From NCBI GenBank assembly GCA_963662545.2, contig CAXXLL010000002.1, forward strand, positions 2,496,001 to 2,560,000: DNA of 64,000 bases. The letters are read 5' to 3'. This document shows positions 1 through 10,363 of this stretch, piece after piece. This DNA is from Gammaproteobacteria bacterium (GTDB lineage Bacteria; Pseudomonadota; Gammaproteobacteria; Ga0077536). The translations under genes were made by a program, and so were the position numbers. How positions within the stretch are numbered: the stretch's first letter is position 1; each line of letters opens with the position of its first letter. The notes beneath the pieces are model-generated. The model was not told the DNA's origin, searched no databases, and was given only the letters and a program-made list of their open reading frames with translations.

Positions 1-546
1 CTCCACCTCATGCGCCATTACGACCGCGATCTTCGCTGGCACATGATCCTCGGCAACGATCGCCCCGAGGTTCTGGAAAAACTACTGTTCGACAAAAACA
101 CACTACCCGGTTTCAACGACAGCGGTGCACATTTGATCAACCTCGCGTTTTTCGACGGCAACTTGTTAACCCTGAAGATGGCGCAGAAACGCTCGCTCGA
201 ACGTGTCGCGTACGCAGTGAAACGCCTGACGCGAGATCCCGCGGAATTCTGCGGCCTGGATGTCGGCCGCCTGGACCTCGGCGCCCAAGCTGATATCACC
301 GTGATCAATCCGGACGCACTCTCGCACTACGATACCGATGCCAACCGGCAGATGGTATATCGCGATATCCTGGGTGATTCGCAACTCGTCAACCGATCGG
401 ACGGCGTCGTCGATACCGTCTACGTCGCCGGCACTAAGGTCTGGGACCGGGATACAGTGACGCCGGAACTCGGCCGGCGAAAGCTCGGCCGCGCCCTGAC
501 ATATGCGGATCGCGCGACAACGGCAGAACGGGTGCTCCCGAACTGA
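1..546 (+). CDS. Amidohydrolase / N-acyl-D-amino-acid deacylase family, C-terminal part (truncated by window edge)
   Basis: NDSGAH motif, GRLDLGAQADITVI and VYVAG C-terminal amidohydrolase beta-sandwich motifs. Confidence 0.8.
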   Translation, partial: LHLMRHYDRDLRWHMILGNDRPEVLEKLLFDKNTLPGFNDSGAHLINLAFFDGNLLTLKMAQKRSLERVAYAVKRLTRDPAEFCGLDVGRLDLGAQADITVINPDALSHYDTDANRQMVYRDILGDSQLVNRSDGVVDTVYVAGTKVWDRDTVTPELGRRKLGRALTYADRATTAERVLPN

Positions 547-820
547 AGATCGCGGAAAACACGCTATTGACAGGCGGCGAAGATGCCCATTTCGCCGTCG
601 ACAATCGAATCCGATGGCTGTCTGTCTGACCTGCGATCCCTCTCGCAACTGTTAAGAAATGTGCCGAATGTTGAGTGCCTCTGTCAATACCTACCGATCG
701 CGCGAGAAAATTGGACTGCGCCATGCCGGAGACGGTCCTGGCGGAGGATGAAAGGCCAGCACGTGACAGCCATCCGGCGGGGAACCGCCAGCATAAGGTG
801 GACCGATGAACGGAATTTAG

Positions 821-1894
821 TTGACCATCATGAGTGACAACAAACGGCAGGACACCGACTCGCCCGCATCGCGGAGCGATCGACGCTTGCGCCACGAAGT
901 GACCATCCCCGCTTCCATCATCGGTCGGCAGTCAGCGCCGATCGATTGCGAGATCCGGGATCTCAGCAGTACAGGTATGTGCCTGGCCATAGCCTTGCAG
1001 ATCCCCGACAAAGAGGGGGACGCGCTGGCGGCGGGACGCGAGGCCTCGCTCGTCTTCGCACCGAATCCGGAACATTCACCGGCGGATACCGTTACCCTGC
1101 CCGTAGAGGTCATGTGGCGGCATCCCCAGGGTGTCGGGATTCGGTTTCTCGATATCAATGAGCGGTCGCGTGCGGCGCTCAGCACGATCGCCCGACTAGC
1201 CGTAGACTCACGCTTGGGTGAAATTGCCAAGTTCGGTGCGTTTTCCCCGATAGAGCAGCGTAAGATTATCGGCGCCTGCCGCAAGTCTCCCGACAAACTG
1301 CTGCCCAATATCATCTGGGCAATGCGTACGGACGTTTCGCGGCGCCTGCGCGTGTTTGCCGAAGAGGCGGCGCCGGACGAAGCGGCTAAAGCCCGTACCG
1401 AAGCCGACCTCATTGACGAACATGCCAGCGCGATCGGTCGGACCATCGAGATTCGATTCTTCCGCAGTTTCGCCCAGGCGGCGGACCTTGATCAGACCCA
1501 AGAACTCAAGTTCTCAGATATTACGCCCGAGGCCGGTCCGGACACGGACGGTCAACTCGAAGTCATCGATAATCAGGCGGTCGAGCAGGCAGCAATAGTC
1601 ACCGCGCTGGCCCACGTGGCCGAGGAACACTACAAGTCCACCCTGTTCGAGCTCAATGTTCGCCTCAAAGACGTCGTCGGCCACCGGATGGACAACGAAT
1701 CCAACCCGCTATACCCGACGGCCATCTGCCGTACTTTGTGGGAAGCCACGATTGAATTCTGCGATTCGCCGCGGGTTCGACGTCACCTGCGGGCCGCGAT
1801 TACGGCCCGCGCTGTACCGCTGCTCGGCGAACTCTACGAAACATTACACAAAACGCTCGACGAGCAAGGCGTCCCGCACGCCTTCGATCAATAA
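821..1894 (+). CDS. PilZ-domain protein with a DUF1631-like helical region
   Basis: RRLRHE (RxxxR) and DLSSTG (DxSxxG) PilZ motifs; later NPLYPTAIC resembles DUF1631 proteins. Confidence 0.7.
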   Translation: MTIMSDNKRQDTDSPASRSDRRLRHEVTIPASIIGRQSAPIDCEIRDLSSTGMCLAIALQIPDKEGDALAAGREASLVFAPNPEHSPADTVTLPVEVMWRHPQGVGIRFLDINERSRAALSTIARLAVDSRLGEIAKFGAFSPIEQRKIIGACRKSPDKLLPNIIWAMRTDVSRRLRVFAEEAAPDEAAKARTEADLIDEHASAIGRTIEIRFFRSFAQAADLDQTQELKFSDITPEAGPDTDGQLEVIDNQAVEQAAIVTALAHVAEEHYKSTLFELNVRLKDVVGHRMDNESNPLYPTAICRTLWEATIEFCDSPRVRRHLRAAITARAVPLLGELYETLHKTLDEQGVPHAFDQ

Positions 1895-1930
1895 AAAAGC
1901 GGTTCGCGCTTTTCCATCTCGCGCGATCCG

Positions 1931-2530
1931 TCAGCGGATCCGGGAGCACATCAGATCGATCCGATCGTTACCGAAATACATGTCGTCACCGTCGAGAAAC
2001 AAGGTCGGCGTGCCATAGCCACCGCGCTCGATCAACTCATCTGTGTTGGCCTTGAGCTTGTCCTTGTACGGCTGGCTCGAAATCCGATCGAAAAAGTCGT
2101 CGCGATCGAGCCCTACGGCTTTCACGATGGTAGCCAATTCCTCGAGCTGCGAAATATCGGCCAGGTCGGTCCAGTAGCGCTTGAACACCGCCCTGGCGTA
2201 CGGCACGAGTACGCCCTGCTCGATCGCGACGAACGCGCCGCGCATGGCCTTGACGCTGTTTACGGGAAAAACCGGCGGCATACCGATCTCGAGCCCGACG
2301 AATCGCGCCCAATCTTGCAAGTCCTTCTTGAAATAGGCGTCCTTTGCCGGTACGGGTTTCTCACGGAACTGATACACGCTTGGATTGACGGTATTGAATA
2401 TGCCGCCGACGAGGATTGGCTTCCACTCGACCTCGACGTCGAGCCCGTCTAGCTGCCGCTGACTGTATTCGAACGCCAGGTAGGTCCAGGGACTGGAACA
2501 ATCGAAATAGAATTCGAGACGGTGTGACAT
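1931..2530 (-). CDS. 2-hydroxychromene-2-carboxylate isomerase / DsbA (kappa-GST) family
   Basis: FYFDCSSPWTYLA N-terminus, GGYGTPT and YFGNDR motifs; start could be 2542. Confidence 0.9.
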   Translation of the reverse strand: MSHRLEFYFDCSSPWTYLAFEYSQRQLDGLDVEVEWKPILVGGIFNTVNPSVYQFREKPVPAKDAYFKKDLQDWARFVGLEIGMPPVFPVNSVKAMRGAFVAIEQGVLVPYARAVFKRYWTDLADISQLEELATIVKAVGLDRDDFFDRISSQPYKDKLKANTDELIERGGYGTPTLFLDGDDMYFGNDRIDLMCSRIR

Positions 2531-2584
2531 AGATTTTCTCATTGTCGGTTAAGCGCCGCGGCGCTCGTGATCAATACCGGCCTT

Positions 2585-3604
2585 TCAGTCGTTCCGCGCC
2601 CCACCCCATCGATCGATGTCGATGACGATACGCCCAACGACTTTGCGGCTCGCGATCTCGTCGAAAGCCTGGACCACCTTTGTGAACGGCACGCGGCTGT
2701 GAATGCGCGGTTTGAGAGTACCCGCAGCGGCCATTTCGACCAACGCCTGTTCGACCTCGCGCCCTCCCTGCGGGTTGATCCGTCCGTATGCGCCGGCGCG
2801 TACACCGATGATCGCATATTGTTTGATCAAGGCGTAGTTGACCGGCACGACCGGGATCCGTCCACTGGCGAATCCTATTACGAGCATCCGGCCGAAAGGT
2901 GCGATGCAACGCAAGGACTCATCGAAGATATCACCGCCGATGGGATCGTAAATGACATCCGCGCCACGCCCCGCAGTCAACGCCTTGACCGCCTTACGAA
3001 AGGAGCCAGCCGCATAATCGATCACGTGATCAGCGCCCTTGGAGCGCACGGCGTCGAGTTTATGCGAACCGGTAGCCATGCCGATCACTCGGGCACCCAG
3101 GGCTTTTGCTAGTTCGACCGCGGCCAGGCCGACGCCGCCCGCGGCACCGTGTATCAAAACGGTTTCGCCCGGTTTCAAATTTCCGCGCACGGCGAGTGCG
3201 ACATAGGCCGTTTTGTATGCGATGAGGTAGGTCGCACCCGTCGCAAAATCGAAGGTCTCGGGCAGCGGCAAGCAGTTGTCCGCCGCAGTCGAAACATACT
3301 CGGCAAAGGCGCCGAAGCGGACGGTCGCCATCACCTTGTCGCCCACCGCGCGCTGCACGCCCGGCCCCACGGCGGCAATTTCTCCCGCGAACTCCATGCC
3401 AGGTATAAACGGCAGGGGCGGCTTGAATTGATAGTGCCCTTGCACCATGAGCATGTCGGGAAAACCGATCGCTGCGGCGTGGTTTCGTACCCAAACTTCG
3501 CCGGCCGCAGGTTCCTGGCGCGGCAGATCTTCGATCACGAGATCGTGATAGTCTCCGAGGTTATGGCATCGGTAGGCTTTAAAAGTGGCGGCGCTGGTGT
3601 TCAC
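2585..3604 (-). CDS. NADPH:quinone oxidoreductase (zeta-crystallin, MDR) family
   Basis: PPLPFIPGMEFAG and HGAAGGVG motifs. Confidence 0.9.
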   Translation of the reverse strand: MNTSAATFKAYRCHNLGDYHDLVIEDLPRQEPAAGEVWVRNHAAAIGFPDMLMVQGHYQFKPPLPFIPGMEFAGEIAAVGPGVQRAVGDKVMATVRFGAFAEYVSTAADNCLPLPETFDFATGATYLIAYKTAYVALAVRGNLKPGETVLIHGAAGGVGLAAVELAKALGARVIGMATGSHKLDAVRSKGADHVIDYAAGSFRKAVKALTAGRGADVIYDPIGGDIFDESLRCIAPFGRMLVIGFASGRIPVVPVNYALIKQYAIIGVRAGAYGRINPQGGREVEQALVEMAAAGTLKPRIHSRVPFTKVVQAFDEIASRKVVGRIVIDIDRWGGARND

Positions 3605-3651
3605 TACGAGATCCGTCGAGCCGGGCGCTTGGCATCATAAACGGAACGAAG

Positions 3652-4140
3652 ATGATGACGTTATCCGCTCCCGCCGAAACATCCGCTGTACTGCTCAAAG
3701 ATCGTGGTGAAACCGTGGGCATTGCGGAATCCTCGACTGGCGGCCTCATCTCGGCGAGCCTGCTCGCCGTACCCGGCGCATCGGCTTATTTTCTCGGCGC
3801 TACCATCATCTACACGATCCGCGCTCGACGAAAACTTCTAGGTCTGGAAAAGTCCGTGCTCGAACGCCAGGAGCCCCTGAGCGAGGAATACGTCAGCCTG
3901 TGCGCCCGCACCGTCCGCGACCAGCTTCGAGCCACCTGGGGACTCGCGGAACTCGGGGCGACCGGCCCCGCAGGTACGCCTTACGGCCACCCACCCGGCA
4001 TCTGTGTCCTGGCCGTCGCGGGTCCGGTCTCGCTCACGCGGCGCATCGAAACGGGCAGCGCAGACCGTGAAGCGAATATGAACGTCTTTATGCGCAGCGC
4101 ATTGGAGCTTTTTCAACAGGCGATCGAGCAGGCTAGCTGA
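3652..4140 (+). CDS. CinA/PncC family protein
   Basis: AESSTGGLI and PGASAYF motifs. Confidence 0.85.
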   Translation: MMTLSAPAETSAVLLKDRGETVGIAESSTGGLISASLLAVPGASAYFLGATIIYTIRARRKLLGLEKSVLERQEPLSEEYVSLCARTVRDQLRATWGLAELGATGPAGTPYGHPPGICVLAVAGPVSLTRRIETGSADREANMNVFMRSALELFQQAIEQAS

Positions 4141-4204
4141 GCGACGGCACCAGAGCTACCGTACGCGAAGGAAAGCCTGGCTTACCAGCACCCCCGTAAA
4201 GGCA

Positions 4205-4852
4205 TTGATGGAACACGAATTTTGGCACCGGAAATGGGAGACCGATCAAATCGGCTTCCACGAAACTGCAACACACTCAATGCTGTTATGCTATTGGGAC
4301 GGATTGTGCCTGGGCGCGGGATCGCGCGTCTTCGTCCCCTTGTGCGGAAAATCGAACGACATGCTGTGGCTGCGCGCCCGAGGACATGAGGTCGTCGGCG
4401 TCGAATTGAGCGACATCGCGGCGGCTGCTTTTTTCGAAGAGAACGGAATCGAAGCCGACCGCAGCGAGCACGGTTCGTTCATCGCATACCGCGCACCGGG
4501 TTATGAACTCTTGTGCGGCGATTATTTCGATCTCACCCGCGAGTTGCTAGACGGTGTCGACGTCGTTTACGACCGCGCCGCGCTGATCGCCCTGTCGCCC
4601 GAGCAACGTGGTCAATACGTCGCGCACCTTACCAGGCTTCTCGATCCAGGCACTCCGATCCTGCTGGTAACCGTACGCTACGAACCGGAACTCATCAGTC
4701 CGCCGCCATTCCTCGTCGCAGACGATGAAGTCGAGACACTCTACGCGCCGTCCTGCTCGATCGCGCGATTAGGCACTGCGCCCGCGCTGCTCAAGGGCAA
4801 ACCCTGTGAGGAGGCGGCATACTGCATGATCCGCGAGGTCGGCCGTGGATAA
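4205..4852 (+). CDS. tpm: Thiopurine S-methyltransferase
   Basis: FWHRKW..IGFH, RVFVPLCGKS and YDRAALIAL motifs. Confidence 0.92.
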   Translation: MMEHEFWHRKWETDQIGFHETATHSMLLCYWDGLCLGAGSRVFVPLCGKSNDMLWLRARGHEVVGVELSDIAAAAFFEENGIEADRSEHGSFIAYRAPGYELLCGDYFDLTRELLDGVDVVYDRAALIALSPEQRGQYVAHLTRLLDPGTPILLVTVRYEPELISPPPFLVADDEVETLYAPSCSIARLGTAPALLKGKPCEEAAYCMIREVGRG

Positions 4853-5333
4853 GACCGACACGAAGATGCAGACCGCAGTCGAACGCAGCGGGTTTGATCC
4901 CCACACCGTTTTTATGAAAATCTTAAGCGGCGATCTGCCGGCCACGTTCGTCTATCGCGACGAGCTCGTATCCGCGTTTATGGATATTCAGCCCGTCAAC
5001 ACCGGGCACGTCCTGATCGTGCCGAACATCGCGATCGCAACACTCGCCGAGCTCGATGCCGAAACGGGCGCCCGGCTCTTTCACGTCGGACAGCGTATCG
5101 GTGCGGCGGTCCGGCGCACCGACATCGCCTGCGAAGGCGTGAACCTCTTTCTCGCCGACGGTGTCGCCGCCGGCCAGACCGTTTACCACGTTCACCTCCA
5201 CGTATTACCGCGTTTCGAAAACGACGGCTTCCGGTTTCAGTTTCCGCAAGGCTACTACGATCCGCCTTCGCACGAGGCTATCGAGCACGCCGCCGAGAAG
5301 ATCCGGTCGGCGCTGGCAAACGAAGGAATCTAG
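4845..5333 (+). CDS. HIT family protein
   Basis: GQTVYHVHLHVLPR histidine triad. Confidence 0.92.
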   Translation: MDKTDTKMQTAVERSGFDPHTVFMKILSGDLPATFVYRDELVSAFMDIQPVNTGHVLIVPNIAIATLAELDAETGARLFHVGQRIGAAVRRTDIACEGVNLFLADGVAAGQTVYHVHLHVLPRFENDGFRFQFPQGYYDPPSHEAIEHAAEKIRSALANEGI

Positions 5334-6562
5334 CCCGCAGGAACCACGACACCGGGTCCGATGGGCGCCAGGCGTGCGCGCGACAACAGGAACAAAACGA
5401 TCGAAATATTGGCTAGGTTCCAGCCGATCCCGTTGAGAAAAGCCGCACTGTAGGAGCCGGTCCAATCGAATATCACGCCGGAAACCCAGCCGCCGAACGC
5501 CATGCCTAGGACCGAAGCCAGGATGACGACGCCGAGGCGGCTGCCTGCTTCGACCGGCGGAAAATACTCCCGGATGATCAGCGCATAGCAGGGCACGATA
5601 CCGCCCTGGAACAAGCCAAATACCGCTGACACGATATACAGTGACACCAGCGAGTCCGCTGGCAGAAACATCACCAGCGCCACGCATTGGAGTGTCGAAC
5701 CGAGCAGGATCGTCCGCAATCCACCCAGGTGGTCTGAAATCCATCCAAATCCGAGGCGGCTGACGATGCCGCAGCCCAGCATGAGCGACAGCATCTCCGC
5801 CCCGCGCGCGACGCCATAGCCGCGATCCCCGCAGATCGAAACCAAATGGACCTGAGGCATTGCCATGGCGGTGCAGCAACCGAAACCGGCGAGACTGAGC
5901 AGGGTCAAGAGCGCGGTCGGCGACAGGCCCAGCGACTGCGGCGATCCGGCCGAGCCGCCGCCTTCAACGAAGTGCGTGTCGCCAACGGGTTGACGCCGCA
6001 GCGACACCAGCAGCGGCAGCATCGCACCCATGCTCGCGATGCCGATGAAGGAGTAGGTTTCGCGCCATCCCGCGTCCGCGATCATGGCGTAGACGATAGG
6101 CGGCCACACCGCGCCGGCAAGATAACCTCCGCAGGCGCAGATCGCGACGGCAAGTCCGCGTCTGCGGGTAAACCATTTGGAAATATCGGCGATCAACGGT
6201 CCGAACACGGCCCCGCAGCCGAAACAGCCGATCAAGGCATGCATCGCGGCGAACATCCAGTAAGCATCTGCGCGCGCGGCCAGCAGATACGATGCCCCGA
6301 GCGCGACGATGCTGACGGCCAGGGGCCGCACGATGCCGTAGCGATCGACGATGCGGCCGATGATGATGCCACCCACGCCGAAGCCGAACATCACCATCGT
6401 GAACGGCATCGAGGCGTCGCCGCGACTGACCCCGAAGTCGGCCTGAAACGCGGGCATCGCCACCACGCCGATATACATGCCGAGTCCACCGACCATGGAC
6501 AATCCCAAGGCCGCCGCCAGTCGCAGCCAAGCATAGCGCGACTCGATATTTGCAGTTTTCAT
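5330..6562 (-). CDS. MFS transporter
   Basis: About 12 hydrophobic segments; GRIVDRYG and GWISDHLGG MFS motif A. Confidence 0.9.
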   Translation of the reverse strand: MKTANIESRYAWLRLAAALGLSMVGGLGMYIGVVAMPAFQADFGVSRGDASMPFTMVMFGFGVGGIIIGRIVDRYGIVRPLAVSIVALGASYLLAARADAYWMFAAMHALIGCFGCGAVFGPLIADISKWFTRRRGLAVAICACGGYLAGAVWPPIVYAMIADAGWRETYSFIGIASMGAMLPLLVSLRRQPVGDTHFVEGGGSAGSPQSLGLSPTALLTLLSLAGFGCCTAMAMPQVHLVSICGDRGYGVARGAEMLSLMLGCGIVSRLGFGWISDHLGGLRTILLGSTLQCVALVMFLPADSLVSLYIVSAVFGLFQGGIVPCYALIIREYFPPVEAGSRLGVVILASVLGMAFGGWVSGVIFDWTGSYSAAFLNGIGWNLANISIVLFLLSRARLAPIGPGVVVPAG

Positions 6563-6667
6563 GGTGGCGGTTCGATCTTCCGGCGACGATGGCGGGCTTT
6601 CAAGGACCGTTTACCTATTTCCTGGTAGCACGCATTTTAATTTATGCCTTGTCGAAATAAGTAAACT

Positions 6668-6811
6668 GTCGTCGAGATCGTCACAGCGATCGTGCTATTC
6701 AGGTATCTCAACCGCTGGAACGACACACTCGCGGCCGACTTTGAGACCTCTCCACAAAAAGTCGCCGAACGTACCCTGGGTGGCGTCGGCTGGGACCCGG
6801 GTAAGCATGCC
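6668..6811 (+). pseudogene. C-terminal remnant of a carboxymuconolactone decarboxylase / AhpD-like protein
   Basis: Translates VVEIVTAIVLFRYLNRWNDTLA...GWDPGKHA, resembling the family C-terminus; no N-terminal part upstream. Confidence 0.6.
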
Positions 6812-6867
6812 TGCAACCCACAGTTCATGACTCAGGCAATAGTCAGTTCCGACAAACTGGCCGCGTG

Positions 6868-7407
6868 TCAGCTATCGACGCTCCTGTCGATGACGGCTGG
6901 CGATTCATTACGGGCCTTGGCATCGTCGGTCCAGTAGCGCTTTGCCCAGATACCGTGATAGGGCTCGTCGCCGACTGGCATGCGCCAGGAGCGCACTTCC
7001 GCGCGCCCCAGGGTGACCGAGCACAAGGCGCGCGGCTGATCGTCGGTGCCGTCGACATAGGCATTGGCGTCGTCGACGGGAATATACCGTTCAGCGATGC
7101 GTCGGTAGCGGTCGCGCCAGAGATCGTCAACGCCCACTTCGTAATCGAGGTCAGCGATACCACGAACCACCATCTTGCGGTACGGAATTGTCGGTTCATC
7201 GATACTGAGCGCTACGCGGTGGTCGTGACGGATGTGCCGGAGCCATTCGGAATGCTGCCGCGGCGTGAACCATATTCGCCCTTCCTCGTAGATGAACCAG
7301 ATCGGGGTCACGAGCGGCGCACCGTCGCTGTCGACGGTTGCAATATTCATGATGATCCCAGGCGCGGCCAGGAATTCCTCGCGCTCGGATGAACTCATCT
7401 TGGGCAT
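6868..7407 (-). CDS. Pyridoxamine 5'-phosphate oxidase (PPOX)-like flavin/F420-binding protein
   Basis: IATVDSDGAPLVTPIWF and RVALSID motifs. Confidence 0.85.
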   Translation of the reverse strand: MPKMSSSEREEFLAAPGIIMNIATVDSDGAPLVTPIWFIYEEGRIWFTPRQHSEWLRHIRHDHRVALSIDEPTIPYRKMVVRGIADLDYEVGVDDLWRDRYRRIAERYIPVDDANAYVDGTDDQPRALCSVTLGRAEVRSWRMPVGDEPYHGIWAKRYWTDDAKARNESPAVIDRSVDS

Positions 7408-7570
7408 TTCGGTTTTCCCCTCTCCTATTGAAGGCCGAATTACAGCGTAAGTTCGACTCGCTGCCAAGTGGGGCCGGCGCCGGCGCGCGGCGCTTGAAAT
7501 CCGGCATCTGACAGTCCGTCGGATTAAGCTTGAATTGACTTTCGCTTTGGGGTGGCGCGATGGCCGGGAT

Positions 7571-7871
7571 TCAGGGCGCTGCCTTCGGCGGCCACTCCTG
7601 CTTTAACATCACTTCTCCCATTTCCGAGCCTGGAACGACCTGCCCCTGGTAGATCACATAACGCCCGCCGGGTTCGTCTCCGACCGCAGGACTTTCGATC
7701 CAGATCCACAAATGCCCGGCCACGGTGTCGATGATCAAGGCCTTTTCCGTACCGTATTCGAGGCCGCCATCGATGGGGACGGCCTGATAGCGCCCTTCCG
7801 GTCCGGCGACGGCAGACGGCAGACGGTGAATAGTTCGCAATCAGCGCGAGGAAAAGCAATCGTCTGAGCAT
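7571..7871 (-). pseudogene. Small secreted hypothetical protein frameshifted by a 7-bp tandem duplication
   Basis: Signal peptide MLRRLLFLALIANYSPSAV in one frame joins AGPEGRYQAVPID... in another if one GACGGCA unit at 7808-7821 is removed. Confidence 0.65.
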
Positions 7872-7899
7872 AGATTCGCCGGTCGCGGCAGGGTACGCG

Positions 7900-8798
7900 T
7901 TAACGCGACACCACCTGTGACCCATATACCAAGCTTGCGGGCGGGATGAGTCGGAAGGATGCCACCTTACCGACAAGCCGCGCCTGTATCCAGGGGATCG
8001 CGTCGGTCAGGACCTGCGGCGATCGGTATAGCGCGGGAACATCGGCCACCACGCCGTTGCCCAAGCGGTCGACCGGTACGAGATGAGATGGTCCCCGCCG
8101 GCGGGGCGGTCCGAATCCGGACCAGTCGATCGGATTTGCGACTCCAATCAGTACCGCCACGAGCGCCCTCAGTTCGCCGATCAACTGTGCGCATGCGCGC
8201 CGATAGAGCTTACCGTGGCGAAGACCCTGCAGAGCGCAACTCAGCCCGTCGCCTCCGCGCTTTGCGTTCAGCGGCACGCGCGTCTCCAGGTTCGTCCGGG
8301 GCTCGGCGCCGAGACCATTAGCGCGCAAGTTCAGGCAGCCGGCTGCCTGGCAGAAACGCTTCAAGACGGCCTGCTCGAGGCGCCCGCTTTCGTGCGGCCG
8401 TGGCGCCGCCAGCATGAATTGCCGCGCGGGATCGCTGCCTACGATGATACGTAACGGCCCTTCGGGCCCGAACAGAAAACGAATCTCGGCACCCGCGTCC
8501 GCCGCTCTGGCGATGGTCGTGAGATTTTCGATATACGCTTCGGTCGCCGCGATCCAGCGCGCTGCGTCCGCGCGGCCGTCACGCCTGGCGTCCGACAACA
8601 CCGCGGAATACGCGGTCGCAAGCTCAGCGACAGCCGCTTGCGCGAAGGCGTTCCGCATGCCGCCGGATGCGCGGTCGAGTTCGTCAACCGTACTCGCAAC
8701 CGAAGCGCCTGACGAAAATGTGAACGCGTGACACGCGCCAGCACATAACGCGAATAGCCACCCGCACGATGCCGGGGCGGCTGGGTGCCGACGATGAC
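7900..8798 (-). pseudogene. Secreted hypothetical protein with its 5' end cut by IS630
   Basis: About 300-codon frame with signal-like GWLFALCAGACHA; the frame runs into the IS end at 8799. Confidence 0.6.
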
Positions 8799-8800
8799 TA

Positions 8801-9945
8801 AATAGGTGTTCCAAAAACTCGATCAAATAAAAAGAACTCAGGTGACATTCAGAGATCAGAGGTTGTATCGAGCAATCTACGTTCCCGAAAGAGGTCACCT
8901 GAGTATGGATAGTTTAGTGTCATTGACGCGCTCACAGAAACGTCGCTTTAAGCGGTTGATTCAACGCAGCGATAACGGGCGGGTGGTTCGCCGCGCTCAA
9001 GTCCTGTTGCAGTTAGCTTCAGGCGTCTCACCGACGGCCGTGTCACGCAGTTTGTCGGTCGCGCGTTCAACGGTTTATCGATGGGTCACGCAATTCCAGA
9101 CCGCGGGTGAAGCCTTTCTCGAGGCGTGCGGCTCGGGCCGGCGGGCGTATACGGTGGATGACACCCTGTTGGAGACGCTCGCCGAGTTAGTTGAGCAGCC
9201 GCCCAGTGATTATGGCTACCTGCGCAGTACGTGGACGAGCGAGATGCTGGCCGAGACGCTGAATTCGTTGCTGTCACGGCCCATTCACGCCTCTACGGTA
9301 CGTCGCTGGCTAGTTAATTTGGGATTCGGCTGGCGTCGTGCTCGTCCGACCTTACATCTGCGCGACCCACGGGCAGCCACGCGCCTGAAAGCCATTCATC
9401 GTGCGTTGTCTCGAGCCCCATCGGGGCATGAAGTGTTTTACGCCGATGAGGTCGATATCGACCTCAATCCCAAAATCGGTTTCCTTTGGTCTACTCAAGG
9501 TTGTCAACGTGCCATCCCCACGCCTGGGCAAAACCGGAAACGCTATCTGGCGGGCGCGCTGCACGCACGAACCGGTCGCGTTGCGTATGTCGAGGGCACA
9601 CGGAAAAACAGCGACCTATTCCTTTGCCTGCTCGACCACCTGCGGCAAACTTACCGCGCCGCGCGTCGAATTATCTTGATCGTGGATAACTACATCATCC
9701 ACAAATGTCGCTTGGCACACGTCTGGCTAAAGCACAATCCGAAATTCCGATTGCTGTTCCAGCCGGCCTATCAGCCCTGGGTCAATGACATTGAGAAACT
9801 CTGGAAACAGTTGCACGACAATGTCACCCGGAATCATCGTTACTCGACCATCGACCGTCTGATGGACGCAGTACGTGCCTTCATGCGTGCGGCAAGTCCA
9901 TTCCCGGGAAACTGCCCGAGTGTCGCAAGATTTGGATCACCTATT
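8801..9945 (+). mobile_element. IS630-family insertion sequence, copy 1
   Basis: Terminal IRs AATAGGTGTTCCAAA / TTTGGATCACCTATT; TA duplication (8799-8800, 9946-9947); reconstructed target CTAG. Confidence 0.95.
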
Positions 9946-9948
9946 TAG
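8905..9948 (+). CDS. IS630 family transposase
   Basis: N-terminal HTHs; YADE, IVDNYIIHK and PAYQPWVNDIE DDE motifs; ATG 8905 follows GAGGT. Confidence 0.95.
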   Translation: MDSLVSLTRSQKRRFKRLIQRSDNGRVVRRAQVLLQLASGVSPTAVSRSLSVARSTVYRWVTQFQTAGEAFLEACGSGRRAYTVDDTLLETLAELVEQPPSDYGYLRSTWTSEMLAETLNSLLSRPIHASTVRRWLVNLGFGWRRARPTLHLRDPRAATRLKAIHRALSRAPSGHEVFYADEVDIDLNPKIGFLWSTQGCQRAIPTPGQNRKRYLAGALHARTGRVAYVEGTRKNSDLFLCLLDHLRQTYRAARRIILIVDNYIIHKCRLAHVWLKHNPKFRLLFQPAYQPWVNDIEKLWKQLHDNVTRNHRYSTIDRLMDAVRAFMRAASPFPGNCPSVARFGSPI

Positions 9949-10064
9949 GAGCCTTTATGGCATCGATTTCAATCACAAACAGTCATATCGGCCGCGCACC
10001 GTCGGAGTTGACACCGGCAGACAATCGCCGTCAGGCGAACATTTCAATCCAAATCAACCATGAC

Positions 10065-10352
10065 CTAGAGGATCGCGTAATGGTCCTCGAACATCGACCC
10101 TGCTCCGAGTTCGTGCAGCGGCGTCCAGCGCGCCCTGCATGCATCGTCGCCGCCGGCGACCGCGGGCGGCGCCTCGGAGGCGTCGATTTCGAATCGAAAG
10201 ACGTGGGTGATGGTACGGCCGCGAAGCGAGCGGCCAGGCGCGTCGAAAACGCGGTGTTCGCGAGCAGCGCTCTCCTCGAGCACCAAGCCGGTTTCCTCTC
10301 TGAGTTCCCGCACCACGGTACACGCCAAGGTTTCGCCTGGCTCGATGAAGAA
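10065..10352 (-). pseudogene. C-terminal NUDIX remnant of bifunctional NMN adenylyltransferase/ADP-ribose pyrophosphatase (NadM-Nudix)
   Basis: FIEPGET...RELREETGL Nudix box, FDAPGRSLRGRTIT, GGDDA and FEDHYAI; no credible start or N-terminus. Confidence 0.75.
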
Positions 10353-10363
10353 GGTCGACACCT

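Noticed and set aside
8799-8898. N-terminus MTSFGNV... of ORF 7900-8898
   Set aside because: Encoded by the IS630 end, not the native gene
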